DNA from: an uncultured Planctomycetia bacterium
GTDB lineage: Bacteria > Omnitrophota > Gorgyraeia > Duberdicusellales > Duberdicusellaceae
Length of the DNA: 64,000 nt
Assembly (NCBI GenBank): GCA_964634935.1
Contig: CAZWJT010000001.1
Span: 224,949 to 288,948 of the forward strand
Reading direction: 5' to 3'
In this document: positions 9,587-19,690 of the stretch, one piece after another
How the letters are laid out: each line of letters begins with the position of its first letter
How positions within the stretch are numbered: position 1 is the first letter of the stretch
Made by a program: the position numbers and the translations under genes
Notes under the pieces: generated by a model
Database searches by the model: none
What the model saw: the letters and a program-made list of their open reading frames with translations, nothing else
What the model was told of the DNA's origin: nothing

Positions 9587-10000
9587 CTATTGTAATTTTA
9601 AGACAAGCTCTCCTTCAGGCGTAAACAAAACAACGCGGTGAGGCTCAATGCGGGTTACCCGGGCATCCTCGATGGTATCATTGACTTTGACGGTAATTCC
9701 ATTAATAACGGCCGTGGGCGATTGAGCGTCGTAGATAATTCCAAAAAGCGTATAGGGACTCCTGGATGAAGACTGGACCGAAGCAACCCTGTCTGCAGGG
9801 GCAGCGCGCTTGACACGAATGAGAATTTTCTCATTCTTTACTCTCATGAAGACAAACCGATACAACCCCCAGCCACCCAGCAGAATCACGATAACAAGCA
9901 CATACACGAGTAATTTTGAAATGGTACTCTTCTTTTCTCCAGAGGTAACGAGGGAATCTTTCTGGCTTACTTTCTTTAAGGCTTGGTAGATAATGCTCAT
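9587..10000 (-). CDS. gspB: GspB/ExeB-like protein (general secretion pathway protein B family)
   Basis: Hallmark N-terminus MSIIYQALKK, a single TM helix and a C-terminal GspB-type domain. Lies immediately downstream of exeA/gspA. Confidence 0.6.
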   Translation of the reverse strand: MSIIYQALKKVSQKDSLVTSGEKKSTISKLLVYVLVIVILLGGWGLYRFVFMRVKNEKILIRVKRAAPADRVASVQSSSRSPYTLFGIIYDAQSPTAVINGITVKVNDTIEDARVTRIEPHRVVLFTPEGELVLKLQ

Positions 10001-10794
10001 GTTAACTCCTCAATGCATTGCTGAATCATTTGTTCATCGACATGCCTCTTCTCAAGTGTAAAACCCAGCAGCAATGCCCGATCACACAAAATATTGATCA
10101 ACCGCGGTATACCACGAGAAAATCGATAAATAAACGGAAAAGTTTCGGGCAAAAAATTAATATCTTTTCCTCCGGCCCGGGCCAGACGAAATACAACATA
10201 TTCACTGATTTCATCTGGCTGCAGAGGAAGAATATGATATTTCACAGCAATCCTCTGTTTAATCTGTCGAGCTGCCTCAAGATTTAACTTTGTGTTCAAT
10301 TCTGGCTGCCCGACTAAAATAACTTGCAGTAATTTATTCTTTTCAGTCTCCAAATTCGAGAGAAGACGTATCTGCTCAAGTTGACGAATAGTCAAATTCT
10401 GAGCTTCGTCGATAATCAAAACAGCATTCCCGCCCTTGAGAGTCGTATCCAGAAGAAAAGTGTTTAGAAAATTTACCAAATCAAGACGGGAGTTTTTCTC
10501 CGGAGTAATCCCGAAATCTTCGATAATCGCACGCAATAATTGGACTTCACTGAAATACGGATTCAGAACCAAAGAAGTCACAACCCCCGCGGGAAGTTCC
10601 TTGAGCATTGCCCGGCACAGGGTAGTCTTCCCAGTCCCTACTTCTCCAGTAATCAGAAGAATCCCTTTCCGATGCTCTACTCCATAGAGAATACACGCCA
10701 AGGCGTCGGTATGGTGTTTACTGCGAAAAATAAATTCTGGATCTGAGGTAATATTAAAGGGGGATTCTTTTAACTTATAAAAATCAAGATACAT
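9997..10794 (-). CDS. exeA: ExeA/GspA/MshM-family AAA+ ATPase
   Basis: Conserved N-terminus MYLDFYKLKESPFN, used as start (the ORF track adds 19 aa upstream). Walker A GEVGTGKT. Walker B LIIDEAQNL. Confidence 0.8.
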   Translation of the reverse strand: MYLDFYKLKESPFNITSDPEFIFRSKHHTDALACILYGVEHRKGILLITGEVGTGKTTLCRAMLKELPAGVVTSLVLNPYFSEVQLLRAIIEDFGITPEKNSRLDLVNFLNTFLLDTTLKGGNAVLIIDEAQNLTIRQLEQIRLLSNLETEKNKLLQVILVGQPELNTKLNLEAARQIKQRIAVKYHILPLQPDEISEYVVFRLARAGGKDINFLPETFPFIYRFSRGIPRLINILCDRALLLGFTLEKRHVDEQMIQQCIEELT

Positions 10795-10890
10795 GACACA
10801 TTGTTTGGTTAAATTTATTATAACAGCAAATATCGCATTGTAAACATTCACTCATCTTGCAAATCCATGCTTCTATTGTACAATACAGGC

Positions 10891-11373
10891 ATGACCAGAA
10901 TACGTCGTATTCATGAAATCCTCCTCCACAATAAAAAAACAATCTCTGTCGCTGAGTCGTGCACGGCTGGTCTTGTATCGTCTCTACTCACTCAATTCCC
11001 TGGAAGTTCAGCATATTTCAAAGCGGGAATTATACCCTATGAAACAAAAACCAAAATTGACCTTCTGAACATATTGCCACAACGCATAAAAAGATACGGG
11101 GTAGTTTCTCGAGAAATAGCCAAGGATCTTGCCGAAAATATACGAATACAAACTCATTCAGATATCGGGGTAGGCATCACCGGGTTTGCCGGACCAGATG
11201 GAGGAAATCAAAAAAACCCTATCGGAACGGTTTATATCGGGATTGCTTCTTGCAAAAAAACTACCGTATGCCGTTCTATCTTTCAAGGGACACGGAAAAC
11301 AATCCAAACAAATGCTGCCAAAAAGACTATGTTCCTGCTCGATAAGCTCCTGGCACCATCTTATCAATTATGA
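10891..11373 (+). CDS. pncC: CinA C-terminal domain protein (PncC-type NMN deamidase)
   Basis: ISVAESCTAGL and GFAGPDGG motifs. Start taken at MTRIRR (the ORF track begins 24 nt earlier). Confidence 0.8.
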   Translation: MTRIRRIHEILLHNKKTISVAESCTAGLVSSLLTQFPGSSAYFKAGIIPYETKTKIDLLNILPQRIKRYGVVSREIAKDLAENIRIQTHSDIGVGITGFAGPDGGNQKNPIGTVYIGIASCKKTTVCRSIFQGTRKTIQTNAAKKTMFLLDKLLAPSYQL

Positions 11374-11933
11374 GAATATTCATCGCGCTGGAAATTCCGG
11401 ATAAAGTTCAAGAAGAAATTGTAAAAATCCAGACTAAACTACGCGCCAGTTTCCCTGCCGGACGATGGGTAACAAAACAAAACCTGCACATGACTCTTTT
11501 GTTTCTGGGAGAACAAAATAACCAAGGGCTACATAAAACAAAAGCTATGCTTTCTGCTGTTTCTCAAAATCCTTTCTCTCTCGCTTTCCAAGCATTAGAT
11601 GGGTTCCCGGACAAAAGACGTCCCCGGATTATCTGTATTCGATGTGCCGGAGAAACGGAATTGAATCGTATCGTCACATCGTTACAAAAACAGTGTTTTG
11701 AACATAACCTCCTTTCGGGAAAAATGCAGAAATTTACTCCACACATTACCATTGCACGTATAAAAAAACCCCAGCTTATGCCGGAAAAGTTCTTCATTCA
11801 AGAAAACATCAAACCGACTGCCTGGGAAATTTCTACGGTGTCGCTCTTTGAAAGCATACAAACACCTCAAGGAAGTATTTATCGGAAAATCGGAAGCAAG
11901 AAATTGGCAACAGAAAGAACGCCAGCCGTATAA
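11370..11933 (+). CDS. thpR: RNA 2',3'-cyclic phosphodiesterase (ThpR/LigT, 2H family)
   Basis: Two HxT/S motifs (HMTLLF, HITIAR). ATGA overlap with cinA. Confidence 0.8.
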   Translation: MRIFIALEIPDKVQEEIVKIQTKLRASFPAGRWVTKQNLHMTLLFLGEQNNQGLHKTKAMLSAVSQNPFSLAFQALDGFPDKRRPRIICIRCAGETELNRIVTSLQKQCFEHNLLSGKMQKFTPHITIARIKKPQLMPEKFFIQENIKPTAWEISTVSLFESIQTPQGSIYRKIGSKKLATERTPAV

Positions 11934-12349
11934 ACTCCCGCCACAAGATCATCACCAAGGATACCGATTGAACCAGAGAATGATTCAAAAGTATCTGCCG
12001 GCGGTATTTTTAGGGCATCGAAAATACGGAAGAGCATAAAACAAACAAACACTGAAGCGGTTGTTTGTGCCGCAAAAAGACAGGCGAAAAGAACTCCGGT
12101 AACTTCATCAAGGATTATCGCCTGAGGATCTTTCTCGCCCAAAATGACTGCCGCCTTTTCGCAGAGCAAGAGCGACAGAATAAAAGACGCGAGAAATACC
12201 CAAAAAGCGACCAAATAACCTCCGAGAAAAAAAACCACGCAACCAAGTAACGTCCCAACAGTGCCGCTGAAGCGCGGCGAAAAACCAAAACCGCATACGC
12301 TGGTAATCCCCAAAATAAGAAACTTTCTATGGAAAATTTCATTTCGCAA
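11879..12349 (-). CDS. pgpA: Phosphatidylglycerophosphatase A
   Basis: PgpA family pattern: GFSPRFSGTVGTL, DEVTG and FDALKIPPAD. Confidence 0.8.
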   Translation of the reverse strand: MRNEIFHRKFLILGITSVCGFGFSPRFSGTVGTLLGCVVFFLGGYLVAFWVFLASFILSLLLCEKAAVILGEKDPQAIILDEVTGVLFACLFAAQTTASVFVCFMLFRIFDALKIPPADTFESFSGSIGILGDDLVAGVYTAGVLSVANFLLPIFR

Positions 12350-12355
12350 GGCGCG

Positions 12356-12937
12356 TCAGAGGGTTCGGATGATTTTTCGGTTGCTCCAGAGAAAAACCCA
12401 GCCGGAAAAAAGAGTGATGAAAACTACCCAAATCATTAAAAGAAAGATAAAAAGATTGGCAAAATCTCGGTTAAACCAAACTAAAAAAATCCCTCTCGTC
12501 TGTGCGTATTTATCAACAAGCTTTACCAAAAATATGAAAATAATCCCGATAATTTGATAAACCGTCTTATGCTTCCCCCATCGTTGCGCCGCAAGCACTT
12601 TCCCCTTCCCTAGGGCAAAAATGCGTAAACTCGTGATTAAAAATTCTCTGATCATAATCAGGATAACCATCCAAGCATGAATAACTCCAATCTCAAGGAA
12701 AGCGAGAAAAACCCCGATCATTAAAATTTTGTCGGCGATAGGGTCAAGAATCTTTCCAAAATCAGAGACCATATTTAACTTTCTCGAGAATAAACCATCC
12801 AGAAAATCGGTGAATGAAGCGACGGAAAAAATCAGGAGACCGAAGGAAAATGAAAAAAAAGTATCCTGAACGATAAACCACATACAAATAAAAGAAAGAA
12901 CGATTCTCAAAACGGTTAGTTGATTGGCGATATTCAT
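12356..12937 (-). CDS. pgsA: CDP-diacylglycerol--glycerol-3-phosphate 3-phosphatidyltransferase
   Basis: CDP-alcohol phosphatidyltransferase motif DFLDGLFSRK...DPIADK. Confidence 0.85.
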   Translation of the reverse strand: MNIANQLTVLRIVLSFICMWFIVQDTFFSFSFGLLIFSVASFTDFLDGLFSRKLNMVSDFGKILDPIADKILMIGVFLAFLEIGVIHAWMVILIMIREFLITSLRIFALGKGKVLAAQRWGKHKTVYQIIGIIFIFLVKLVDKYAQTRGIFLVWFNRDFANLFIFLLMIWVVFITLFSGWVFLWSNRKIIRTL

Positions 12938-14184
12938 TGTGGTCTTCTTTGCATTATGGTGCCTTCTAAATCATATTCGAAAGCCGCAGATATTTGCACC
13001 TTGTAAAAATTTCCCGGTTTTAACTCTTGTCTCACCAGAACATTCCCATCAATCTCATATGCATCGGCGTAACTGCGAGCAAACGAAATACCGTGCTCAA
13101 CAGAATCAACGAGAACGTTCGCCTGAGTCCCCACGAAACGCCGGTTATTCTCTAAAGAAATCTTCTGCTGCAACTCCATAAATCTTCGAAATCGTTCTTT
13201 CTTTATTGTATGATGGATTTGGGGAAATGTATATGCTTTTGTTCCTTCTTCCCGAGAGTAGATGAACGCTCCTGCATTCTTAAAGTGTACTTCAGAAAGA
13301 AAAGAAAGAAGTTCCTGAAATTCAGTTTCGGTTTCCGTAGGAAAACCGACAATGAATGAACTTCTCAATGAAATATCCGGAATTTTCTTGCGCATCATGC
13401 CGATCAATTTTAGGAATTGTTCCCGCGAAGAACCCCTCCCCATCAGCGTTAAGATTCGCTTATTGACATGTTGCAAAGGCATATCGATATAATGGCAAAC
13501 ATTTTCCAAAGAAGCAACTGCCTCAATGAGTGTTTGCGTAATAAACTGCGGATATGTGTACAACAAGCGAATCCAGGTGATCTTTTTTGCGGCACGACTT
13601 ATTTGACGCAGAAGCCATGCAAGATTTTCCGGTGAACGGAAATCTTTACCCCAGGCAGTTGTATCCTGAGCAACAAGAACCAGCTCCCGCACTCCTTTAT
13701 CTTGAAGCTGGCTCACTTCCTCCAAAATATCCGAAGCTCTCCGGCTTTGCAAAGGTCCGCGTATTTTTGGAATCACGCAATAGGAGCATTGCTGTAAACA
13801 GCCTTCCGCGATACGAAGATATGCCATATGCGGCGGAGCAATGCGTATTGGCCGCTCTATCTTCCCCCAAGAAGCCGGCGCATCGAGCAAGGCATCAACC
13901 TCTGGGAAATAACGCAGCAGCTTCTTCCCGTGGTGCCTGACAAAACAGCCGCAGATAATAAGTTTGGCAATCTTCCCTTTTCTCTTTAAAGCTGAGAAAT
14001 GCTCGATCGTTTCAATGGATTGCTTTTTTGCGTCCTGGATAAAAGAACAGGTATTGATGAAAATGATTTCTGCCTTCGAAGGATCTTGGATCAAAAACCC
14101 TTTTTTCTTCAATATACCAAGCCAAATCTCTGAATCAACTTCGTTACGCGGACATCCTAAAGAAACAATGCCTGCGGTTCTCAT
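12934..14184 (-). CDS. rimO: Ribosomal protein S12 methylthiotransferase RimO (MiaB family)
   Basis: N-terminal MTTase Cys triad (SLGCPRN...NTCSF...ICGC). Radical SAM CSYC. C-terminal TRAM domain. Start trimmed to MRTAGIVSLGC (ATGA overlap with rodZ stop). Confidence 0.9.
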   Translation of the reverse strand: MRTAGIVSLGCPRNEVDSEIWLGILKKKGFLIQDPSKAEIIFINTCSFIQDAKKQSIETIEHFSALKRKGKIAKLIICGCFVRHHGKKLLRYFPEVDALLDAPASWGKIERPIRIAPPHMAYLRIAEGCLQQCSYCVIPKIRGPLQSRRASDILEEVSQLQDKGVRELVLVAQDTTAWGKDFRSPENLAWLLRQISRAAKKITWIRLLYTYPQFITQTLIEAVASLENVCHYIDMPLQHVNKRILTLMGRGSSREQFLKLIGMMRKKIPDISLRSSFIVGFPTETETEFQELLSFLSEVHFKNAGAFIYSREEGTKAYTFPQIHHTIKKERFRRFMELQQKISLENNRRFVGTQANVLVDSVEHGISFARSYADAYEIDGNVLVRQELKPGNFYKVQISAAFEYDLEGTIMQRRPQ

Positions 14185-14954
14185 TGACGCAGAGAAAAAC
14201 CTGAAGCAGTGATAAGATAGACTGCGGATTTTTTCTGGCGGGGAGTTGGAATTGGCTCTCCGTTTGCCTGGATAGAAACATCGGAAGGATTTTTCACGTG
14301 GATCTCGATTGTTTTCTTCCCCTTCCACGATTCTTCCTCGCCCTTGCGCAGAACAGATTGAAAAACTGTCTTCCCATCAACTTTCACCGTAATAAAAGAA
14401 TCTTTCTTGGTCCGTACAGCCAAGAAGACATCGCCTCGCTTCGAGGTTGATACAGGAGAAACAGACTGCTTACTTGGCTGAAACTTGACTGCTGCAACGG
14501 GCAATTTCTGAGTCTTTTTAGCAGTTTTTAATTTACGCGCGAAGGACGAAAACGCCAAAAAAACAATAACTACGCCGGCGATTACACCAAGAACCTTAAG
14601 AACCCGCCTGTCGGTAAGTACTGAAAATATGACCCGGAAGAACTGTTTTCCTGCAGCTACCGATGAAAATTGAGCGGTATCTTTGCGAAATTCTTCCTGG
14701 GGCATACGCGCTTTTTCTTCTCTGCGTACCTCGACTTGCTGAATCAAGGTCAATAATTCTTCATCTTTCAAAAACGAAGCATAGATTTTTAAAAAACCTT
14801 TTAAATAAACAGGGCTTATCGCTTGAATATTTCCCTGCTCGATATCAGCAATCACCGTCGGGGTAAGCCTTGTTTTTAAAGAAACTTCTTCGAGGCTCAG
14901 GTGTAACTCCTCGCGTTTTTTCTTAAAAAGAATACACAACTCAGGTAAGTTCAT
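14181..14954 (-). CDS. rodZ: RodZ-like cytoskeleton protein (N-terminal HTH, single TM, C-terminal DUF4115-like domain)
   Basis: HTH segment LSLEEVSLKTRLTPTVIADIEQG, then a TM helix, then a C-terminal beta-rich domain. Confidence 0.65.
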   Translation of the reverse strand: MNLPELCILFKKKREELHLSLEEVSLKTRLTPTVIADIEQGNIQAISPVYLKGFLKIYASFLKDEELLTLIQQVEVRREEKARMPQEEFRKDTAQFSSVAAGKQFFRVIFSVLTDRRVLKVLGVIAGVVIVFLAFSSFARKLKTAKKTQKLPVAAVKFQPSKQSVSPVSTSKRGDVFLAVRTKKDSFITVKVDGKTVFQSVLRKGEEESWKGKKTIEIHVKNPSDVSIQANGEPIPTPRQKKSAVYLITASGFSLRQ

Positions 14955-17202
14955 TTTCTTGAGGTTGAGCTATTTTTTGCTGCTCCTGAAACCATTGTTC
15001 TCTATCGATAAGAATCTGCCGAGCCTTACTGCCCTGGAACGGGCCAACAATACCTTCCTGTTCCATAAGATCCAAAAGGCGGGCTGCCCTTGTATAGCCG
15101 ACTCTCAGCCGACGCTGGATAATTGACGCGGAAGCCTGTCCAGTTTCCATAACTGTTCGAATCGCCTCGGGAAGAAGTTCATCGGCTTCAATTTCTGCTT
15201 TCGGTCTTCTTTGCACTTCAAGAATTTTTGAATCGTATTGTGGTTGACCTTGGCTTCTGATAGCATTGATCAAAGTAGTTACATCATCGTCTTCAATGAG
15301 GCAGGCTTGAGCGCGAATCGGCTTCAATATCCCCGGACGGATAAAAAGCATATCACCTTTGCCAAGCAGTTTTTCGGCACCAACCCAATCAAGCACTGTG
15401 CGCGAATCTACCTTCGATGCCACCTTAAAGGAAATGCGTGCGGGAAAATTCGCTTTGATCACGCCGGTAATGACATCAACTGACGGCCTCTGGGTAGCTA
15501 AAATCAAATGTATCCCAACAGCCCGAGACAATTGGGCAAGACGTAAAATTGCGGTTTCAATCTGATCGCGGGCAATAATCATCAAATCAGCAAGTTCATC
15601 AACAACGATGACAATAAACGGAAGCTTCACTTCTGGTTTTTTCATGTTATAACTGTCGATATTTCTGGCGCCTTCTTCGGCAAGGAGCGAATATCGCCGC
15701 TCCATCTCCTCAGTCGCCCAAGAAAGGACATTCGAAGCTTTCTTCGCATCAGAAACAATCGGAGAAAGTAAGTGGGGGATGCCGACGAATTGAGCAAGCT
15801 CAACCATCTTTGGATCTATGAGGATAAACCGCGCATCGGAAGGTTTTGATTTAAAAAGAATTGAACAAATAATCGAATTGACACAAACTGTTTTTCCGGA
15901 ACCAGTTGTCCCGGCGATCAAAAGATGAGGCATATCCTTTAAATCAGCAATCAAGGGAACCCCGGCAACATCCTTACCCAAGGCAAGACTAAGTTTGGAC
16001 GGAGATTGAATAAAGCGCTTATCCTGAACAACCTCTTTAACATAAACAATGTTTGTTTGCGAATTGGGAACTTCAACCCCCACTGTCCCTTTACCGGGGA
16101 TCGGAGCAACAATTCTGACTGAAGCCGCTTTCATTGCGAGAGCGATGTCGTCAGAAAGAGTGACAATACTGTTAATCTTCACGCCTGCAGCCGGTTGCAA
16201 TTCATAGCGGGTAATTACCGGGCCACTCTGCACGCTGACTACCCGCGCAGAAACCCCAAAGTCACTGAGCGTTTCTTCCAGAACCGCCGCATTCACTTCA
16301 ATATCGCCTTTCACCTTCTTTTCGTCCGTGACTTGCGAAACATCTTTCAAGATACTACATGCGGGAATCACATACGCAGCATCATTATAAGGAATCTGCG
16401 GTGTTTCATTCGGTTTTTCTTCACTCTCTTTGGAAACCAAAGACGCTGCTTTCGCAGGCGCTACCTCCTTTTCTTTGGGTTTCTCCCGGACAATCAAACG
16501 AGTAATCTCCTGTGGAGGCTTCTCAGGCTCATCTTCAGTGATTCCCGGATCAGGATTGGAAGGAGTATAAATCTTAAGTTTTGCCTTACGAGGAACTTTA
16601 GGAGCCATTTCGCTTTGGATAGTTCCATGCTCCTTTTCTCTTACAACCACTCGCTCCCGCTTAAAATAATCTCGCAGGTTGACAAATATTTTTTTGGCGC
16701 ACTCAACAACAAAATCACCCCAAAAAAGAAGAAGCCCCGCAACAAAAAGCAAGACTGACAGGATGAGCGAACCAAGAAAACCAATATACTGCAGCAGCAA
16801 TGCCGACAATGAAAAACCGATTATGCCGCTACGTGAAAACCTGTTTTCGGGAGTATCAAAAATACCCAATAACAGAGAAGCGGAGATAAGAATAATCAGA
16901 AACGACAGTGTTTTCGTCCAAGCACTTGAGGCAATCCCTTCAGCGTGAATTTTATCAAGTTGTTTGAACAGAAGAAACACAAGAAGAATAAAGATCATCC
17001 AGGAAGCCCAGCCAAAAGAAAAAAGCAAGGTACCGGCAAAATAAACTCCGAAAATGCCGATAAAATTCTGGCTAGGATGAGTAGGCGGATAAGAAAATAG
17101 AAAAAAGTCCTCTCTCCGGAATGAAATAAAACTCAGAAAAAACAGAAGGGAGGCAGCTCCTAAGGTAAGACAAACAAGCCACTTAGTGATCTTGTCTTTC
17201 AT
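14941..17202 (-). CDS. ftsK: DNA translocase FtsK/SpoIIIE
   Basis: N-terminal TM domain, linker, motor domain with Walker A GTTGSGKT, and C-terminal gamma winged helix. Confidence 0.9.
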   Translation of the reverse strand: MKDKITKWLVCLTLGAASLLFFLSFISFRREDFFLFSYPPTHPSQNFIGIFGVYFAGTLLFSFGWASWMIFILLVFLLFKQLDKIHAEGIASSAWTKTLSFLIILISASLLLGIFDTPENRFSRSGIIGFSLSALLLQYIGFLGSLILSVLLFVAGLLLFWGDFVVECAKKIFVNLRDYFKRERVVVREKEHGTIQSEMAPKVPRKAKLKIYTPSNPDPGITEDEPEKPPQEITRLIVREKPKEKEVAPAKAASLVSKESEEKPNETPQIPYNDAAYVIPACSILKDVSQVTDEKKVKGDIEVNAAVLEETLSDFGVSARVVSVQSGPVITRYELQPAAGVKINSIVTLSDDIALAMKAASVRIVAPIPGKGTVGVEVPNSQTNIVYVKEVVQDKRFIQSPSKLSLALGKDVAGVPLIADLKDMPHLLIAGTTGSGKTVCVNSIICSILFKSKPSDARFILIDPKMVELAQFVGIPHLLSPIVSDAKKASNVLSWATEEMERRYSLLAEEGARNIDSYNMKKPEVKLPFIVIVVDELADLMIIARDQIETAILRLAQLSRAVGIHLILATQRPSVDVITGVIKANFPARISFKVASKVDSRTVLDWVGAEKLLGKGDMLFIRPGILKPIRAQACLIEDDDVTTLINAIRSQGQPQYDSKILEVQRRPKAEIEADELLPEAIRTVMETGQASASIIQRRLRVGYTRAARLLDLMEQEGIVGPFQGSKARQILIDREQWFQEQQKIAQPQENELT

Positions 17203-19270
17203 CCACCTGTTTCTTACTAAAAGTTACGCGGCCTTGGTCATCGATGGCGACCACCTTAATGCGTACGACGTCACCCTCTCTCAGGTAATCGCTCACATTT
17301 TTCACGAATTCGTTGGAAATCTCAGAAACATGCAAAAGCCCGCTTTTACCAGAAGCGGTTTCACAAAATGCACCGAAACTCGTAATTTTTCGCACGGTTA
17401 CATCATAATAATCACCAACTTCTAGATCTTTAATGATATCAGTCACAAATGAAACTGCTTTCTTCATAGCCTCGCTGTCAGCGGAAGAAATCATAACCTC
17501 GCCGGCTTCATCATCGATATCAATTGAAGCTCCTGTATCCTTAATAATCTTTTTAATGGTTCTGCCGCCGGGACCTATCAATTCACCGATTTTATCTTGC
17601 TGAATCTTGATCGTAACAATCTTGGGTGCAAATTTGGAAACCTCTTTCCGCGGAACCGATATTGCCTTATCGATACATCCGAGAATCTGCAGACGGGCAT
17701 CTTTTGCTCGCTGCAGTGCTTCTCTCAGAAGCTCAATACCAATCCCTTTGATTTTTAGATCAAGCTGTATAGCGGTAATTCCCTTGCGTGTCCCTGCGAC
17801 TTTAAAATCCATATCGCCCATATGATCTTCAACTCCAGCGATGTCGGTCAAAATGATATATTCGTTGCCAGAAGAAACGAGACCCATTGCGATACCAGCC
17901 ACAGGCTCACTGATGGGAACTCCGGCATCCATGAGTGAAAGCGTTGAAGCACAAACAGTCGCCATAGAAGATGAACCATTCGATTCCAAAATCTCTGAAA
18001 CAACCCTGATCGTATAGGGAAATACGTCTTTGGAAGGAATCACCCACTCAAGCGCTTTCTCCGCTAATGCCCCGTGCCCAATTTCTCTCCGGGAAGAGCC
18101 CCTGAGAGGCGATACTTCTCCCACGCTAAAAGGCGGAAAATTATAGTGAAGCATGAATCTCTTGTGAGTTTGACCTTCGAGGGCTTCAATCATCTGCATG
18201 TCGTCGCTTGTACCTAACGTTGTTGCCGCGAGCGACTGAGTCTGCCCCCGCGTAAAGACGGCAGAACCATGGGCCCTCGGCAAAATCCCTACGGTACATT
18301 CAATTGGGCGTATCTGCTCAACCGCTCGGCCATCGGGGCGCACTTTTGTCTTAAGAATCTTTTCGCGGATATAATCTTCCTCCAGTTTAGCAAATAGCGC
18401 CAACGCCTGCTTTATTTTTGTTTTATCAGTCAGCTTTTCCTCGATAAGTTGCACAACCGCATCGCGACGAAGCGCCGAATCTTCTTTGGTAGAATAAAAA
18501 TACAGCGAAGAAAGCCTTTCGTGAACAATCTTGGTAACTTCTTCTTCGAAAGCCTTATCGTGTTCAGCGGTCAACAGTTGCTTCTTATTCTTCCCTATTT
18601 CTGACTGAATGTGACGCTGGAGGGCGATAAATTCTTTAATATGCTTATGAGCGTTCTGAATCGCCTGAAGAACAACATCTTCTGATTCTCTATTCGCCTT
18701 TGCCTCAATCATCAAAATTTTATCTTCGTTCCCTGAAACAATCATATCAAGAGAAGCTTTGGCTCGATCCTGGTAGGTTGGGTTCACTAAGAAATTCCCA
18801 TCAACCCGACAGATACGACAAGCACCAAGTGGATTCTCGAAAGGAATATCGGAGATGAAAAGACTGAGAGACGCTCCATTCAAAGCATAGATATCAGGGT
18901 CATTCTCACCATCTGAAGAAAGAACCATGCAAACTACCTGGACATCGTTACGTAAGGAATCCGGAAAAAATGGACGGATTGACCGGTCTATCAACCGAGC
19001 GGTAAGAATTTCTATATCTTTCGGTTTACCTTCCCGCTTGAAAAAACCACCCGGAATTCTTCCCGCAGCATAGGTTTTTTCCTGATAATCAACGATTAAA
19101 GGAAAAAAATCAGCTTCCTCTCTAGGTTGCGCAGCCATGCAGGCACTCACGAATACCACAGTTCCTCCTACCTGGATAAGAACTGAGCCATTCGCCTGCT
19201 TGGCTAATTCTCCGGAAGAAATAACAATATCCTTCCCGGCTATAGTCCGTGTTACTCTAAAAGGTTGCAT
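17183..19270 (-). CDS. pnp: Polynucleotide phosphorylase
   Basis: 695 aa. Two RNase PH domains, then KH (IGPGGRTIKKI), then S1 domain. Confidence 0.95.
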   Translation of the reverse strand: MQPFRVTRTIAGKDIVISSGELAKQANGSVLIQVGGTVVFVSACMAAQPREEADFFPLIVDYQEKTYAAGRIPGGFFKREGKPKDIEILTARLIDRSIRPFFPDSLRNDVQVVCMVLSSDGENDPDIYALNGASLSLFISDIPFENPLGACRICRVDGNFLVNPTYQDRAKASLDMIVSGNEDKILMIEAKANRESEDVVLQAIQNAHKHIKEFIALQRHIQSEIGKNKKQLLTAEHDKAFEEEVTKIVHERLSSLYFYSTKEDSALRRDAVVQLIEEKLTDKTKIKQALALFAKLEEDYIREKILKTKVRPDGRAVEQIRPIECTVGILPRAHGSAVFTRGQTQSLAATTLGTSDDMQMIEALEGQTHKRFMLHYNFPPFSVGEVSPLRGSSRREIGHGALAEKALEWVIPSKDVFPYTIRVVSEILESNGSSSMATVCASTLSLMDAGVPISEPVAGIAMGLVSSGNEYIILTDIAGVEDHMGDMDFKVAGTRKGITAIQLDLKIKGIGIELLREALQRAKDARLQILGCIDKAISVPRKEVSKFAPKIVTIKIQQDKIGELIGPGGRTIKKIIKDTGASIDIDDEAGEVMISSADSEAMKKAVSFVTDIIKDLEVGDYYDVTVRKITSFGAFCETASGKSGLLHVSEISNEFVKNVSDYLREGDVVRIKVVAIDDQGRVTFSKKQVDERQDH

Positions 19271-19273
19271 GGT

Positions 19274-19543
19274 TTATTTGCGTAAGCTTAAATCTTTAAT
19301 AACGCTCTCGTATTTTCGCGCGTCTTTCTTTTTTAAGTAGCTCAGCAATCTCCGACGCTTTCCGACAAGAGCGAGCAGACCGCGGCGGGAATGAAAATCC
19401 TTCTTAAACTTCTTAAAATGCTCAGAAAGATTGTTGATTCTTTCTGTCAAGAGCGCTATCTGAACCGAAGCGGATCCCGTATCAACCTCGTGCGTCTTAA
19501 ACTTAGAAATTACCTGCTGTTTTTGTACTTTTGTAACAGCCAT
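19274..19543 (-). CDS. rpsO: 30S ribosomal protein S15
   Basis: 89 aa ([24 protein letters not shown]...). Only 3 nt separate it from the pnp start. Confidence 0.95.
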   Translation of the reverse strand: MAVTKVQKQQVISKFKTHEVDTGSASVQIALLTERINNLSEHFKKFKKDFHSRRGLLALVGKRRRLLSYLKKKDARKYESVIKDLSLRK

Positions 19544-19579
19544 CCTGCTCGGAACCTCCTTTCCGAAAATTTAAAGAAT

Positions 19580-19607
19580 ATTATACAATACATTAACGCC
19601 TTGTAAA
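19580..19607 (-). promoter_or_regulatory. Candidate sigma70-type promoter of rpsO-pnp
   Basis: On the minus strand: -35 TTTACA, 16-nt spacer, -10 TATAAT. SD GGAAAGGAGG sits 7 nt before the rpsO ATG. Confidence 0.4.
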
Positions 19608-19690
19608 TGATTATTTTAAAAAAGATTTTTAGCGGAAACAGGCGGAAAAATTACTCAAAAAGTACGGTTACGCTCCTATCTTCCCTTGGC

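Noticed and set aside
16195-16948. Plus-strand ORFs 16195-16758 and 16679-16948 inside ftsK, and similar antisense ORFs (19765-20298, 25365-25745, 30624-31005, 44412-44828, 59597-60115)
   Set aside because: They are antisense to confidently identified genes, with low-complexity or biased composition. Typical shadow ORFs.
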